64,000 nucleotides of DNA from an uncultured Dehalococcoidia bacterium (lineage in GTDB: Bacteria > Chloroflexota > Dehalococcoidia > DSTF01 > JACRBR01), in assembly GCA_964371095.1 (NCBI GenBank), contig CAYJMJ010000004.1:17651-81650 (forward strand). The letters run 5' to 3'. Each line of letters begins with the position of its first letter. The stretch's first letter is position 1. The notes under the pieces are model-generated. The model was not told the DNA's origin. It made no database searches and saw nothing but the letters and a program-made list of their open reading frames with translations. Positions 48,613 through 58,224 of the stretch are shown here, in pieces. The position numbers were made by a program, and so were the translations under genes.

Positions 48613-49130
48613 GACGCCACCGCCTCGCGCCGCAGCCGATCGCGGAGCGCGCGCAGTTCGCGAAAGAACGCCAGCTTCGCCGCCTTCTGGTACGTCGCGC
48701 CGCGCGCACTCGTCGAAGGCATGACGTACACCAGCGCGCCGCCGATCCGCTCCGGCTGCACGCCGAGCGCGCACGCGCGGCCCGCGAAGATCTCGTAGAT
48801 GCGCTTGCCGTTGAAGCAGATCAGGCGCGGCCGGTACCGCAACAGCCGCCGGCGCAGCGCCCGCGCGCCCGACCGCAGCTCGACCGGCGTCAGGTCGGAC
48901 AGCCCCGGTGACGGGCGCGCGACCATGTTCGTCAATCCGATGCCCCACTCGCTCACGCGGGCGTCCTGCTCGTACGTCAGCGGCTCGCCCACCAGCCCCG
49001 ATGCGAACAGCAGCGGCCAGAAATGATTGCCCGTGCCCGCGTAATGGTGCCCCACAGCCGCCGACCTGACCCCCGGGTTGATGCCGACGAACACCAGTTC
49101 CAGTCCCGGCTGAAGCACATCGCGGAGGAC
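48609..49130 (-). CDS. G/U mismatch-specific uracil-DNA glycosylase (Mug/TDG family 2)
   Basis: VFVGINPG motif and HYAGTGNHFWPLL are typical of Mug. Start approximate; the ORF is open to 49175. Confidence 0.75.
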   Translation of the reverse strand, partial: VLRDVLQPGLELVFVGINPGVRSAAVGHHYAGTGNHFWPLLFASGLVGEPLTYEQDARVSEWGIGLTNMVARPSPGLSDLTPVELRSGARALRRRLLRYRPRLICFNGKRIYEIFAGRACALGVQPERIGGALVYVMPSTSARGATYQKAAKLAFFRELRALRDRLRREAVAS

Positions 49131-49225
49131 GCTCACGATCGAAAAGGTAGCACAAGCTCTCCGCCAATAATCCACAGCGCAAAATGCGTAAATTTCGGCT
49201 ATACTCGGCGTACGTGAGCATCCGA

Positions 49226-50467
49226 ATGGCGAGCGACCTGCGCCTCAACCGCCTTCAGTTCCTGGCGGCCGTTGCGCCGCTTGCCTACATCGCGGTACTC
49301 CTCGCCGGCATCGCCGCATTGGATCTCCCTGCGTGGGCGGGCATCGTCGCCGGGATCGGTGTCTCCGTGCCGTTCGCCGTCGCCTTCGCGGCCCTCGTCT
49401 CCAACGCCGTCGGAGCCATGCGCGACAACACCTTCGCCCGCGAGCGCCGCTTCCGCAGCCTCCTCGATTCCGCCCCGGACGCCATCGTCATCGTCGATCA
49501 GCACGGAACCATCGTGATGGCCAACCGCGAGGTCACGCACGTCTTCGGCTACGACTCCGGCGAACTCATCGGCCGCTCCGTCGACATCCTGGTTCCCGAA
49601 GGGCTGCGCGCCGCGCACGCCGGACATCGCGCCGAATACCACGACGCCCCCGCGACCCGCCCGATGGGATCGAGTCTCAGCCTGGCCGCGCGCCGAAAGG
49701 ATGGCTCGGTCTTCCCGACGGAGATCAGCCTCAGCCCGCTCGAAGCCGAGGGGGGCATGCTGGTGACGAGCGTCATCCGCGACCTCACCGACCGCCGGCG
49801 CGCGGACGAGGAGCGCGAGCGGCTCCGGAGGGAGGCCGAGACCGAACGGCAGCGCACGCGTATCGCCATGGATCTGCACGACGGCATCATCCAGTCGATC
49901 TACGCCGTCGGCCTCAATCTCGAGGCCGCATCCGCCGACCTCGTCGATGGCACCGGCGACGTGCACGGACGCATCGACCGCGCCATCGACCAGATCAACG
50001 ACACGATCGGCGACATCCGGAACTACATCATGGACCTCCGCCCGACCCGCTTCAGCGGCGAGGTCGCCGAATCACTCACCGGAATCGCCCACGAGTTTCG
50101 CGTCAACTCGCTCATCGAGACCACCATCGACGTCACGCCGAATCTGCCGCCCCTCAGCCCCGAAGGCGGCAGCGCCCTCTTCCACATCGCCAAGGAGGCC
50201 CTCAACAACATTCGCAAGCACGCGGCGGCCACGTCCGTGGAGGTCAGCCTGCGCGCCCGCGACGGCCTCGTCTCGCTCGTCATCGCCGACGACGGCACGG
50301 GATTCGACGCGTCGATCGAACGCCCCGAACAACACAACGGACTCCGCAACATGGCGTCGCGCGCCCGCGCTGCCGGCGGTACACTCGATATCGTGAGTAC
50401 CCCACGGTCGGGAACGCGGATCCGCGTGGATATCCCTGGACAGACAGCGTCAGGAGAAACCGGATGA
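49226..50467 (+). CDS. PAS-domain sensor histidine kinase (HisKA_3, NarL-partner type)
   Basis: Two transmembrane helices, a PAS domain (SLLDSAPDAIVIVDQHGTIVMAN), an H-box (RIAMDLHDGIIQ) and HATPase_c. Confidence 0.85.
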   Translation: MASDLRLNRLQFLAAVAPLAYIAVLLAGIAALDLPAWAGIVAGIGVSVPFAVAFAALVSNAVGAMRDNTFARERRFRSLLDSAPDAIVIVDQHGTIVMANREVTHVFGYDSGELIGRSVDILVPEGLRAAHAGHRAEYHDAPATRPMGSSLSLAARRKDGSVFPTEISLSPLEAEGGMLVTSVIRDLTDRRRADEERERLRREAETERQRTRIAMDLHDGIIQSIYAVGLNLEAASADLVDGTGDVHGRIDRAIDQINDTIGDIRNYIMDLRPTRFSGEVAESLTGIAHEFRVNSLIETTIDVTPNLPPLSPEGGSALFHIAKEALNNIRKHAAATSVEVSLRARDGLVSLVIADDGTGFDASIERPEQHNGLRNMASRARAAGGTLDIVSTPRSGTRIRVDIPGQTASGETG

Positions 50468-51117
50468 GCGAGACTCGCGTTCTCATCGTCGATGACCATG
50501 AAGTCGTGCGCGAGGGGTTGCGCGCCCTGCTCAACCGCAAGGAGGGCCTTGCCGTCGTCGGCGAGGCCGGCACGGTTGAGCAGGCCGTCGCCGAGGCCGC
50601 CAGGACCGAGCCGGACGTCATCGTGATGGATGTCCGTTTGCCGGACGGCAGCGGCATCGAGGCGTGCCGGGAAATACGCCAGTCACGGCCCGAGGTCAAG
50701 GTCATCATGCTCACCTCGTACGCCGACGAGGACGCCGTATTCGCCTCGATCCTCGCCGGCGCCGCCGGCTACCTGCTCAAGCAAACCCGCGGCAACGCCC
50801 TGGCCGACGCCATCGCGTCGGTGATGCGCGGCGAGTCGCTCCTCGACCCGGCCGTCACGCAGAAGGTGCTCGAACGCGTCCGCACCTCCGGCCAGCGCGG
50901 AGAAGACGATCCGCTGTCCGCGCTGACGGAGCAGGAGCACAAGATCCTCGCCCTGATCGCCGAGGGCAAAACGAACAAGGAGATCGCCGACGAGGTCTTC
51001 CTCAGCGACAAAACAGTGAAGAACTACGTCAGCAACATTCTCAGCAAGCTGAACCTTCGCCGCCGCTCCGAGGCCGCCGCCTTCATCGCCCGGCGCGAGC
51101 CTCACCGCGAAGACTGA
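50464..51117 (+). CDS. NarL/LuxR-family response regulator
   Basis: Receiver domain (VLIVDDHEVVREGL...DVRLPDGSG) and a LuxR HTH (LTEQEHKILALIAEGKTNKEIADEVFLSDKTVKNYVSNILSKL). ATGA overlap with the kinase gene. Confidence 0.9.
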   Translation: MSETRVLIVDDHEVVREGLRALLNRKEGLAVVGEAGTVEQAVAEAARTEPDVIVMDVRLPDGSGIEACREIRQSRPEVKVIMLTSYADEDAVFASILAGAAGYLLKQTRGNALADAIASVMRGESLLDPAVTQKVLERVRTSGQRGEDDPLSALTEQEHKILALIAEGKTNKEIADEVFLSDKTVKNYVSNILSKLNLRRRSEAAAFIARREPHRED

Positions 51118-51131
51118 CCGGCAGCCCCTGG

Positions 51132-51881
51132 TTAACGGTCGTCGACGGGGACGATAACGGCCACCGGGCGAGACTCCCGCCGGCGTGCGCTGACCCGCGC
51201 CTGGCGGTAAATCGCCGTCGCCACGATGGCGGCGAACACCGCCGTGAAGAACAGCTCCAGGATGCGCACCATGGATTTCGTGTCGCCGAACTCGAGTCCG
51301 AACACGCCCAGCAGCACCCCCAGCCCCGTGTAACCGAGCACCCAGACGGCGCCGCCCGCGTAGTCCAGGGGCGCCCACCGGCGGTACGGGATCCGGAACA
51401 GCCCGGCCGCCGCCGGCCCGACGACGCGCGAGTAGCCCGCCCAGTGGTACGCCAGGATGATCCAGCGGTGGTTGGACTCCATGCCGCGGCGGGCCTTCTC
51501 CATCATGCCCGCGAGCGAGCCACGCTCCAGCACCCGCGTCCAGCCCAACCGCCCGATGAGGTAGCTGATCGTGTCGCCCAGGACGGTCGCGCCCACGCCG
51601 AGCGCCAGCACGAGCCAGACGTTGACCGCACCGTTCTCGGCCGCGAGCCCGGCCAGGATCATGACGACGGCGCCCGGGACGAGCAGCCCCAGGAACATGC
51701 TGTTTTCCAGCAGCACGCCAACGAACACCACGTAGTAGCCGTAGTCGCGGAAGAGCCGCTCCAGCTTGGCAACGCTCCACTCGCTGAAACGCTGAACGAA
51801 CGACAGATAGTAGTTCAGCGAATCGAACGGCGAGACGTGCGGGAACACGAACAGGAAGAACGCGACAGCGACCGCCAGCAT
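51132..51881 (-). CDS. DedA/SNARE-associated family membrane protein
   Basis: DedA motif region (YGYYVVFVGVLLENSMFLGLLVPG). Start approximate; the ORF is open to 52070. Confidence 0.75.
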   Translation of the reverse strand: MLAVAVAFFLFVFPHVSPFDSLNYYLSFVQRFSEWSVAKLERLFRDYGYYVVFVGVLLENSMFLGLLVPGAVVMILAGLAAENGAVNVWLVLALGVGATVLGDTISYLIGRLGWTRVLERGSLAGMMEKARRGMESNHRWIILAYHWAGYSRVVGPAAAGLFRIPYRRWAPLDYAGGAVWVLGYTGLGVLLGVFGLEFGDTKSMVRILELFFTAVFAAIVATAIYRQARVSARRRESRPVAVIVPVDDR

Positions 51882-52258
51882 GCTGAAGTTGCGCTTCAAC
51901 CACGGCTCCTGCCGCTCTTGCGCCGCCGTCTCGTCCACGTGCCGCGCTCCTGTCCGATGCGCCGGTGCGGTCCCGCCCGTCTGCTCGACGTGCCCCCGGC
52001 GAGCCGCATCTCCGTCCGGATCTCGTCGCCGTGATACATCAGCGCCGCGCCCGTGGCATGGTCCGGTCAACTCATTCTTGGAGCGAACGGTGAAAATCGC
52101 AACCCCGCTTCCCGAGGATTACCCGGTATTGGCATCCTTATCCCCGCTAACCCGGATCCGGCCTTGACCGCGCCGTTGTCGCAGCGCCGCCCGATCGTTT
52201 CTAATACTCCGGGCGGCCATCCCGCCGTTCGCCCGTCAATCGCGCGGCGTTCGACGTC

Positions 52259-53347
52259 ATGCAGACCCTCGGGAGAGCGATGACCCAGCACCAGGCATTT
52301 GTCACCAAGGACGATCAGGCGCTCAAGCTGTTCACGTGGTCCGCCGCGGCAGCCAGCCTGCGCATGGCCTACTACGGCCTCCGGCTCGGCCTCCTCCGGG
52401 CCATCGCGGACGCCCCCTCCGGCCTCACGCTCGACGAGTTGATTGAGGTCACCGGGCTCGATCCCCGTTATGTCACGGCGTGGGCGCGAACCGCCGTCGC
52501 CGGCGAGGTCATCGAGTACCAGGCCGAGGCCGGCCGCTTCATCATGGCGCCCTTCATGGAGGCGCTCCTCCTCGACGACCAGGACTTCCAGTACTCGGCC
52601 GGACTCGTCACCAGCCACGCCGTGGAGTCCCGCCTTGCCGGCCGCATCGAGGAATGCTTCCGCACCGGCGAAGGCGTCCCGTTCTCCGACTACGGCCAGG
52701 AGATGGTCGAGACGATCCACGCGTTCAGCAAGGCCGCGTACGAGCTGTTCCTCCCCAGCGTGCTCCTCCCCGAACTGCCCGATCTGACGAAACGGCTCGA
52801 AGGCGGCGGCACGATCCTGGAGCTGGGCTGCGGCGCCGGCGCCGGCCTCGTCTCGCTCGCCCGCACCTTCCCCGAGTGCACCGTCACCGGCCTCGACTCG
52901 GATCCGACGTCCATCGCACTGGCCCGCGATCGCATCGAGGCCGCCGGCCTCAGCGAGCACGTCCACGCCGAGGAGATGCGCGGCGAAGACCTCACCAGCG
53001 AGGACGCCTTCGACTTCATCTACGTCCAGATCTCGCTGCACGAGATGGACGACGCGCGCATCGTGCTGGCCAATGCGCGGCGCGCGCTCAAAGACGGCGG
53101 CACGCTGGTCATCACCGAGATCCGCGGGCCCGAGCGCATCGAGGACTGCGCGGGCGTCTACAACGCCGTGCTCTCCCACATCGACCTCTTCTACGAGATC
53201 CCGCAGTCCGTCGCGAAGGGTGGCCACGCCGTCGGCTTCTTCACGCGCGCGGAGATCGAGGAAATGGCGGCCGAGGCCGGGCTCAGCGGCGTGCGCGAAC
53301 TCGAGCTGGAGCAGCCGCTCTACGCCGCGTTCGCCGCGACGAAATAG
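52259..53347 (+). CDS. class I SAM-dependent methyltransferase (O-methyltransferase-like with N-terminal dimerisation/wHTH domain)
   Basis: SAM motif I (ILELGCGAGAGL), motif post-I (DSD) and an N-terminal winged helix. Confidence 0.85.
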   Translation: MQTLGRAMTQHQAFVTKDDQALKLFTWSAAAASLRMAYYGLRLGLLRAIADAPSGLTLDELIEVTGLDPRYVTAWARTAVAGEVIEYQAEAGRFIMAPFMEALLLDDQDFQYSAGLVTSHAVESRLAGRIEECFRTGEGVPFSDYGQEMVETIHAFSKAAYELFLPSVLLPELPDLTKRLEGGGTILELGCGAGAGLVSLARTFPECTVTGLDSDPTSIALARDRIEAAGLSEHVHAEEMRGEDLTSEDAFDFIYVQISLHEMDDARIVLANARRALKDGGTLVITEIRGPERIEDCAGVYNAVLSHIDLFYEIPQSVAKGGHAVGFFTRAEIEEMAAEAGLSGVRELELEQPLYAAFAATK

Positions 53348-53434
53348 ACCGCCTGACCCGTCGCACACCTCGAGCGGCCAATGGAAAGGGCGGCCCGCGG
53401 GCCGCCCTTGTCGATCTCCGGTGTGCGCCCGCCC

Positions 53435-54487
53435 CTACGGCGCGCGCGGTTTGATCTTCATGTTGTTGACGAACCCGAGCGTATCGAACGGCCAGTACGA
53501 GATCCACGCCTGGCCGATGATGTTCTCCTCCGGCACGAAGTCGCACTGCTGCTGCGCCGGGCACGTGTTCCCCCACGCGTGCGAGTCGTAGCTGTTCCGC
53601 CGGTTATCGCCCAGGACGAAGTACGCGCCCGGCGGCACCGTCTTGGGACCGTAGTTGTAGTTCGGCGTCGCGAGGATGTAGCTCTCCACCAGCGGCGCGC
53701 CGTTGATGAATACCTTCTCGTCCTTCACTTCCACGGTGTCGCCCGGCACGCCGATCACGCGCTTGATGAAGTCGCGGCTTGGATCGAGCGGGAACCGGAA
53801 TACGACCACGTCACCTCTGCGCGGCGCGCGGAACAGGTGCCGCTTCTCGCCGTCGTCGCCCGGGATGAACGGCAGGAACTGGTGCACCTTGTCCATGTCG
53901 ACGCGGAAGTAGAGCGCCTTGTTCACGAGCAGGTACTGCTCGCTCTGCAGCGAAGGCTCCATGCTCGCGCCCTCGACGCGGAAGTTCTGCACCACCGCCT
54001 TGACCGCGAAGAAGATCAGCACCGCCAGAATGACGGTCTCCGCCAGCTCGCGGCCGACCTGGCGCACGCGCGCTCCCACCGACCGCCGCCGCCTCGCGAC
54101 GCCCTCGTACGGAATCGCGCGATCGAATGCGTCGGCGCTCAATCCCAGGTCGGCCGTCGTATAGGCCAGCTCGAGCGAAACGGGCACGTCCGCGTACTCG
54201 TCCCCGTCGATGTAGCCGTAGGCGGAAACCCCGTCGCTCGAAGCCGCAGGCGGCCGTTCGACGGGCGTCATCGGCGCCAGCGCCGGTGCGCCAGGCGGCG
54301 GCTCCACCGGCGCGGGCGCGGCATCCACCGCAATGGCGGGCGGCGGCTCTACTGCGGCCGCGGCTTCCGCCCGGGGCACGCCAATGTCCGGGCGATATTG
54401 CTCTCGCCCGGTATCCAGAACGCCGTCGCGGTCGTCGGAAGAAAGCTGCCCGGACAGCGCGTCCGGGCCTGCGGGATCATAGGACAT
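53435..54487 (-). CDS. lepB: signal peptidase I with long Pro/Ala-rich cytoplasmic N-terminal extension
   Basis: S26 boxes: GASMEPS (catalytic Ser), RGDVVVF, VIGVPGDTV and GDNRRNSYDSH (catalytic Lys region). One transmembrane helix. Confidence 0.85.
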   Translation of the reverse strand: MSYDPAGPDALSGQLSSDDRDGVLDTGREQYRPDIGVPRAEAAAAVEPPPAIAVDAAPAPVEPPPGAPALAPMTPVERPPAASSDGVSAYGYIDGDEYADVPVSLELAYTTADLGLSADAFDRAIPYEGVARRRRSVGARVRQVGRELAETVILAVLIFFAVKAVVQNFRVEGASMEPSLQSEQYLLVNKALYFRVDMDKVHQFLPFIPGDDGEKRHLFRAPRRGDVVVFRFPLDPSRDFIKRVIGVPGDTVEVKDEKVFINGAPLVESYILATPNYNYGPKTVPPGAYFVLGDNRRNSYDSHAWGNTCPAQQQCDFVPEENIIGQAWISYWPFDTLGFVNNMKIKPRAP

Positions 54488-54567
54488 AAGCGGTCTATTC
54501 TAGCATGCGGGCCGCACGGGCAAGGTCGCCCGCCCGGCCGTGACCTCTGTTAGAATCTGCGGAACCG

Positions 54568-55188
54568 ATGACCAACCCTTCTCTCGAGGCCCCGGCCGGT
54601 CCCGACGGCATCGAAGCGGACCTCATCGAAGCCGCCTGCCGCGGCGATCTCGACGCATTCAACGCCCTCGTCGACCTGCACCAGCGCGGCGTCTTCAACC
54701 TCTGCCTTCGTATGCTCGGCAACCCGGCGGCCGCGGAAGATGCCTCCCAAGAGGCATTCATCTCGGCATTTCGCAACGTCCGGACGTTTCGAGGCGCGAG
54801 CTTCCGCGCATGGCTCATGCGCATCGCCGCCAACGCCTCCACCGACGAGCTGCGCCGCCGCGGCCGGCGGCCCGTGCTCTCGCTCGACGCGCCGCCGCCC
54901 GGCGCCGCCGATCCGATCGACGTCGCCGACGCCGCGGCCGGCCCCGAGACGCTTCTGCTCCGGCAGGAGCAGCAGGAGATCGTGCAGTCGGCGCTCATGC
55001 GCCTGCCACCCGACCAGCGCCTCGCTGTGATTATGTGCGACCTCCAGGGCTTTTCGTACGATGAGATCGCCGAAGCTATGCGAACGTCCGTCGGCACCGT
55101 GAAGTCGCGCATCGCCCGCGGGCGCGACAAGTTGCGGCTCGCGCTGGCGCCGGGCAGGGAACAATCGACGAGCGGGCAACGTCTGTAG
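54568..55188 (+). CDS. ECF-subfamily RNA polymerase sigma-70 factor
   Basis: Region 2 (FNALVDLHQRGVFNLCLRMLGNPAAAEDASQEAFISAFRN) and region 4 HTH (FSYDEIAEAMRTSVGTVKSRIARGRDKL). Confidence 0.9.
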   Translation: MTNPSLEAPAGPDGIEADLIEAACRGDLDAFNALVDLHQRGVFNLCLRMLGNPAAAEDASQEAFISAFRNVRTFRGASFRAWLMRIAANASTDELRRRGRRPVLSLDAPPPGAADPIDVADAAAGPETLLLRQEQQEIVQSALMRLPPDQRLAVIMCDLQGFSYDEIAEAMRTSVGTVKSRIARGRDKLRLALAPGREQSTSGQRL

Positions 55189-55231
55189 ATCATCGGGTGC
55201 CGTCAGGATACGGCGCGCCCGAGGAGAGCAT

Positions 55232-56170
55232 GTGAACGAAGTGTTAGGCCTCTTTCAAAGGACTCACCGGCCCGGCGCCGAGCAGCTGTCCGCCTATCTC
55301 GACGGCCGCCTCGACGTCGCCGCCGCGGCCCGGATCGAGGCACACGTAACGGCGTGCGACGCTTGCCGGAACCGCCTGGCGGAGCTGCGGGCGACGCGCG
55401 ACGTGCTCCGTTCGCTGCCCGAAACCGCGCCGCCCCGCTCGTTCCGCCTCCGCCAGTCCGACGTCGAGGCGCCGCTCCGCGCCCGGCCCGCCCCGCCGAT
55501 GGTCCGCGCCATGCCGATGCTCGGCGCCGCGGCGGTCGTCGTCTTCGTCGCCGTGGTCGGCGTCGATCTCTCCCGGTCCGATGGCGCGTCGCAAAGCACC
55601 GCGTCGCTAAAGGCCGGCCAGCCGATGGCGGCCGCCGCGCGCACCACGCAGGCGAGCGGCCCGGCTGAATTGACGTCGGGCGGCGCCCAGGGCGACGCGG
55701 CCGCGCCCCCGGCCGATGCCAACTCCGATCGATCCACGACCTCCGGCGAAGCTGGAACGGGAGTCGACACCACTGCGCCGGATCCTGCCGTCGGGCTGAA
55801 CCCTCCGCTACCCGAGATCCCGGGCTCGCTACCCCCGACGCCACTCGCCGAGGGACAGCTCGCGGCCGCACCGGCCGCCAACACCACCCCCGACCCCTCC
55901 GCCCCTTCGAAGGAGGCAGCGTCGGACGTCGAGGCGCCCTCGACCGGCGCGGCACTCAACCCGCCGGCGGCGACGCCACCCGCCGAGGGACAGCTCGCCG
56001 CCGCGCCGGCCACACCGGCATTCCGTGCCGCGGCCGACCGTAGCGCCGCCGAAGCATCGGGCAGCGGCACCGACACCGCGTATCGCATCGCCGAGGCATT
56101 ATCCGCCGCCGTCGCGCTCCTTGCGCTCGGGACGGTGATGATCTGGCGCGTCAGAAGGAGAGAGGTGTGA
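55232..56170 (+). CDS. zinc-finger anti-sigma factor (single TM, Pro/Ala-rich extracytoplasmic tail)
   Basis: HxxxCxxC motif (EAHVTACDACRNRL) and a transmembrane helix. Lies immediately after the ECF sigma gene. The linker has an internal tandem repeat, PP(T/A)P(L/P)AEGQLAAAPA, present twice. Confidence 0.75.
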   Translation: MNEVLGLFQRTHRPGAEQLSAYLDGRLDVAAAARIEAHVTACDACRNRLAELRATRDVLRSLPETAPPRSFRLRQSDVEAPLRARPAPPMVRAMPMLGAAAVVVFVAVVGVDLSRSDGASQSTASLKAGQPMAAAARTTQASGPAELTSGGAQGDAAAPPADANSDRSTTSGEAGTGVDTTAPDPAVGLNPPLPEIPGSLPPTPLAEGQLAAAPAANTTPDPSAPSKEAASDVEAPSTGAALNPPAATPPAEGQLAAAPATPAFRAAADRSAAEASGSGTDTAYRIAEALSAAVALLALGTVMIWRVRRREV

Positions 56171-56916
56171 CCATGAACCCGAAGAGAATCGCCATCCTGC
56201 CCGCCGTCGCGTCGGCGATATTCGTCGCGTCCGTCGCGGCCACCTGCGGCAGCACGACGACGCGCATCGAAAACACGGGCGCCAACCAACAGTCCGGCAT
56301 CACCGTCTCGGGCGAAGGCAAGGCGACCGGCAAGCCCGACGTCGCGATGGTCACGCTCGGCGTCTCCCGCCTCGCCGATTCCGTCGATGCCGCTCGCAAT
56401 GGCGCCGCCGCCTCGCTCGACGCCATGATCAAATCGATGACCGACAACGGCATCGCGAAGGACGACATCCAGACGGTGCAGTTCAACATCTCGCCGGAGT
56501 ACGACTACTCCAACGGCAAGCAGAAGCTGACCGGCTTCCGCGTGACCAACGTCGTGTCCGCGAAGATCCGCGACATCGGCAAGACGACCAAGGTCGTGGA
56601 CGACGCCGTCACGGCGGGCGGCAACGACGTCCAGGTGCAGAACATCTCCTTCACCATCGACGACCCGGAAGACCTCAAGAAGCAGGCGCGCGAGGCGGCC
56701 GTCGCCGACGCCAAGGCGAAGGCGCAGACGCTCGCCTCAGCGACCGGTGTCGCCGTCGGCGAGCCGATCAGCATCTCGGAGAGCAGCGCCGTCTCGCCGA
56801 TACCCTACGCGGCCGAGCTGCGGGGCGTCGCCGGCGACACGGCTCCCGCGACGCCCATCGAACCCGGCACGCAGGACGTGACCGTGAACGTCACCATCAC
56901 GTGGAGCATCAAGTAG
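56167..56916 (+). CDS. SIMPL-domain (DUF541) secreted/lipoprotein
   Basis: SIMPL fold (ITVSGEGKATGKPDVAMVTLGV...GFRVTNVVSAKIRD). GTGA overlap with the anti-sigma stop. Confidence 0.85.
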   Translation: MTMNPKRIAILPAVASAIFVASVAATCGSTTTRIENTGANQQSGITVSGEGKATGKPDVAMVTLGVSRLADSVDAARNGAAASLDAMIKSMTDNGIAKDDIQTVQFNISPEYDYSNGKQKLTGFRVTNVVSAKIRDIGKTTKVVDDAVTAGGNDVQVQNISFTIDDPEDLKKQAREAAVADAKAKAQTLASATGVAVGEPISISESSAVSPIPYAAELRGVAGDTAPATPIEPGTQDVTVNVTITWSIK

Positions 56917-56938
56917 CGCCTTCTGCTCAGGCCGTCAT

Positions 56939-56973
56939 GAGCGTGGAGCCGGGACGATCCCGGCTCCACGCTC
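56939..56973 (+). terminator. perfect 16-bp stem-loop GAGCGTGGAGCCGGGA-cga-TCCCGGCTCCACGCTC
   Basis: Read from the sequence, 22 nt after the SIMPL stop codon. No U-tract follows; downstream is GTTCCGCGG. Confidence 0.6.
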
Positions 56974-57093
56974 GTTCCGCGGCATGCGGGATCGCGCGCC
57001 GCCCCGAGCCGGGACCTCCCGAATCGGCCGCAACCCGGTCGTCCGCTACAATGTGGAGATCGAGCGCCCGCCTCCACCGGAAATACGCGATAC

Positions 57094-58221
57094 ATGACGA
57101 CTGAACGCAAGCAAGACTACTACGACCTGCTCGGCCTCCCGCGCGGCGCGAGCGCCGACGAGATCAAGAAGGCCTTCCGCCGCCTGGCGATGCAGTTCCA
57201 CCCGGACCGCAACCAGGCGCCCGAAGCCGAGGCCCGCTTCAAGGAGATCAACGAGGCGTACGAGGTCCTCTCCGACCCGGAGCGCCGCGCCATGTACGAC
57301 CGCTTCGGCCATGCCGCCACGCAGGGCGGCGCCGAGGGCTTCGCGCGCGGGTTCGAGGGCTTCGGCGGCCTCGGCGACATCTTCGATGCGTTCTTCGGCG
57401 GGGCGCAGGCGCGCGGCCACCGCGGCCCCGCGCGCGGCGCCGACATCCGCCGCGGCATCACGATCAGCTTCGAGGAAGCGGTCTTCGGCGCGGACAAGGA
57501 GATCGAGGTCCAGACCGCCGAGATCTGCGCCGTCTGCAATGGACTGCGCGCCGAGCCCGGCACGCAGCCCGAGCGCTGCACCCAGTGCAACGGCACCGGC
57601 GAGGTGCGCCGCGCCCAGCAGAGCATCTTCGGCCAGTTCGTCAACGTGGCCGCCTGCGATCGCTGCCGCGGCGAGGGCCGTATCGTCACCAACCCCTGCA
57701 AGCACTGCCGCGGCGCGGGCCGCGAGAAGCGCAAGCGCAAGCTGTCCGTGCACATCCCCGCCGGCGTCGACAACGGATCGCAGATGCGCCTCACCGGCGA
57801 GGGCGAGATCGGCACCCAGGGCGGCCCGCGCGGCAACCTCTACCTGCAGATCAGCGTCCGCCAGCACGACCTCTTCCAGCGCGACGACGACACGCTGCTG
57901 CTCGAGCTCGAGGTCAACTTCGCGCAGGTCGCGCTCGGCGACGAGATCGCCGTCCCGACGATCGACGGCACGGACCACGACCTCCGCATTCCCGCCGGCA
58001 CGCAGACCGGCGAGATGTTCGTCGTGCGCGGCAAGGGTGTACCGCACCTGCGCGGCGGCGGCCGCGGCGACATGGTTGTCCGCCTCAACGTCGTCACGCC
58101 GAAGCACCTGTCGAAAGAACAGAAGGAACTGCTCAAGCGCCTCGCCGACTCGATGGGTCCCGGCGGGAAGGCCGGCGACGACCACGGCCTCATGGGCAAG
58201 ATCAAGGGCAAGCTGGGGTAA
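57094..58221 (+). CDS. dnaJ: molecular chaperone DnaJ
   Basis: J domain (DYYDLLGL...HPDRN), a Gly/Phe region, four CxxCxGxG zinc-finger repeats and a C-terminal domain. No dnaK or grpE nearby. Confidence 0.9.
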   Translation: MTTERKQDYYDLLGLPRGASADEIKKAFRRLAMQFHPDRNQAPEAEARFKEINEAYEVLSDPERRAMYDRFGHAATQGGAEGFARGFEGFGGLGDIFDAFFGGAQARGHRGPARGADIRRGITISFEEAVFGADKEIEVQTAEICAVCNGLRAEPGTQPERCTQCNGTGEVRRAQQSIFGQFVNVAACDRCRGEGRIVTNPCKHCRGAGREKRKRKLSVHIPAGVDNGSQMRLTGEGEIGTQGGPRGNLYLQISVRQHDLFQRDDDTLLLELEVNFAQVALGDEIAVPTIDGTDHDLRIPAGTQTGEMFVVRGKGVPHLRGGGRGDMVVRLNVVTPKHLSKEQKELLKRLADSMGPGGKAGDDHGLMGKIKGKLG

Positions 58222-58224
58222 TTG

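Noticed and set aside
56917-57093. CIRCE or HAIR heat-shock operator upstream of dnaJ
   Set aside because: Neither TTAGCACTC-N9-GAGTGCTAA nor CTTGAGT-N7-ACTCAAG is present. Only an unrelated inverted repeat, GTGGAG-N13-CTCCAC, was seen.
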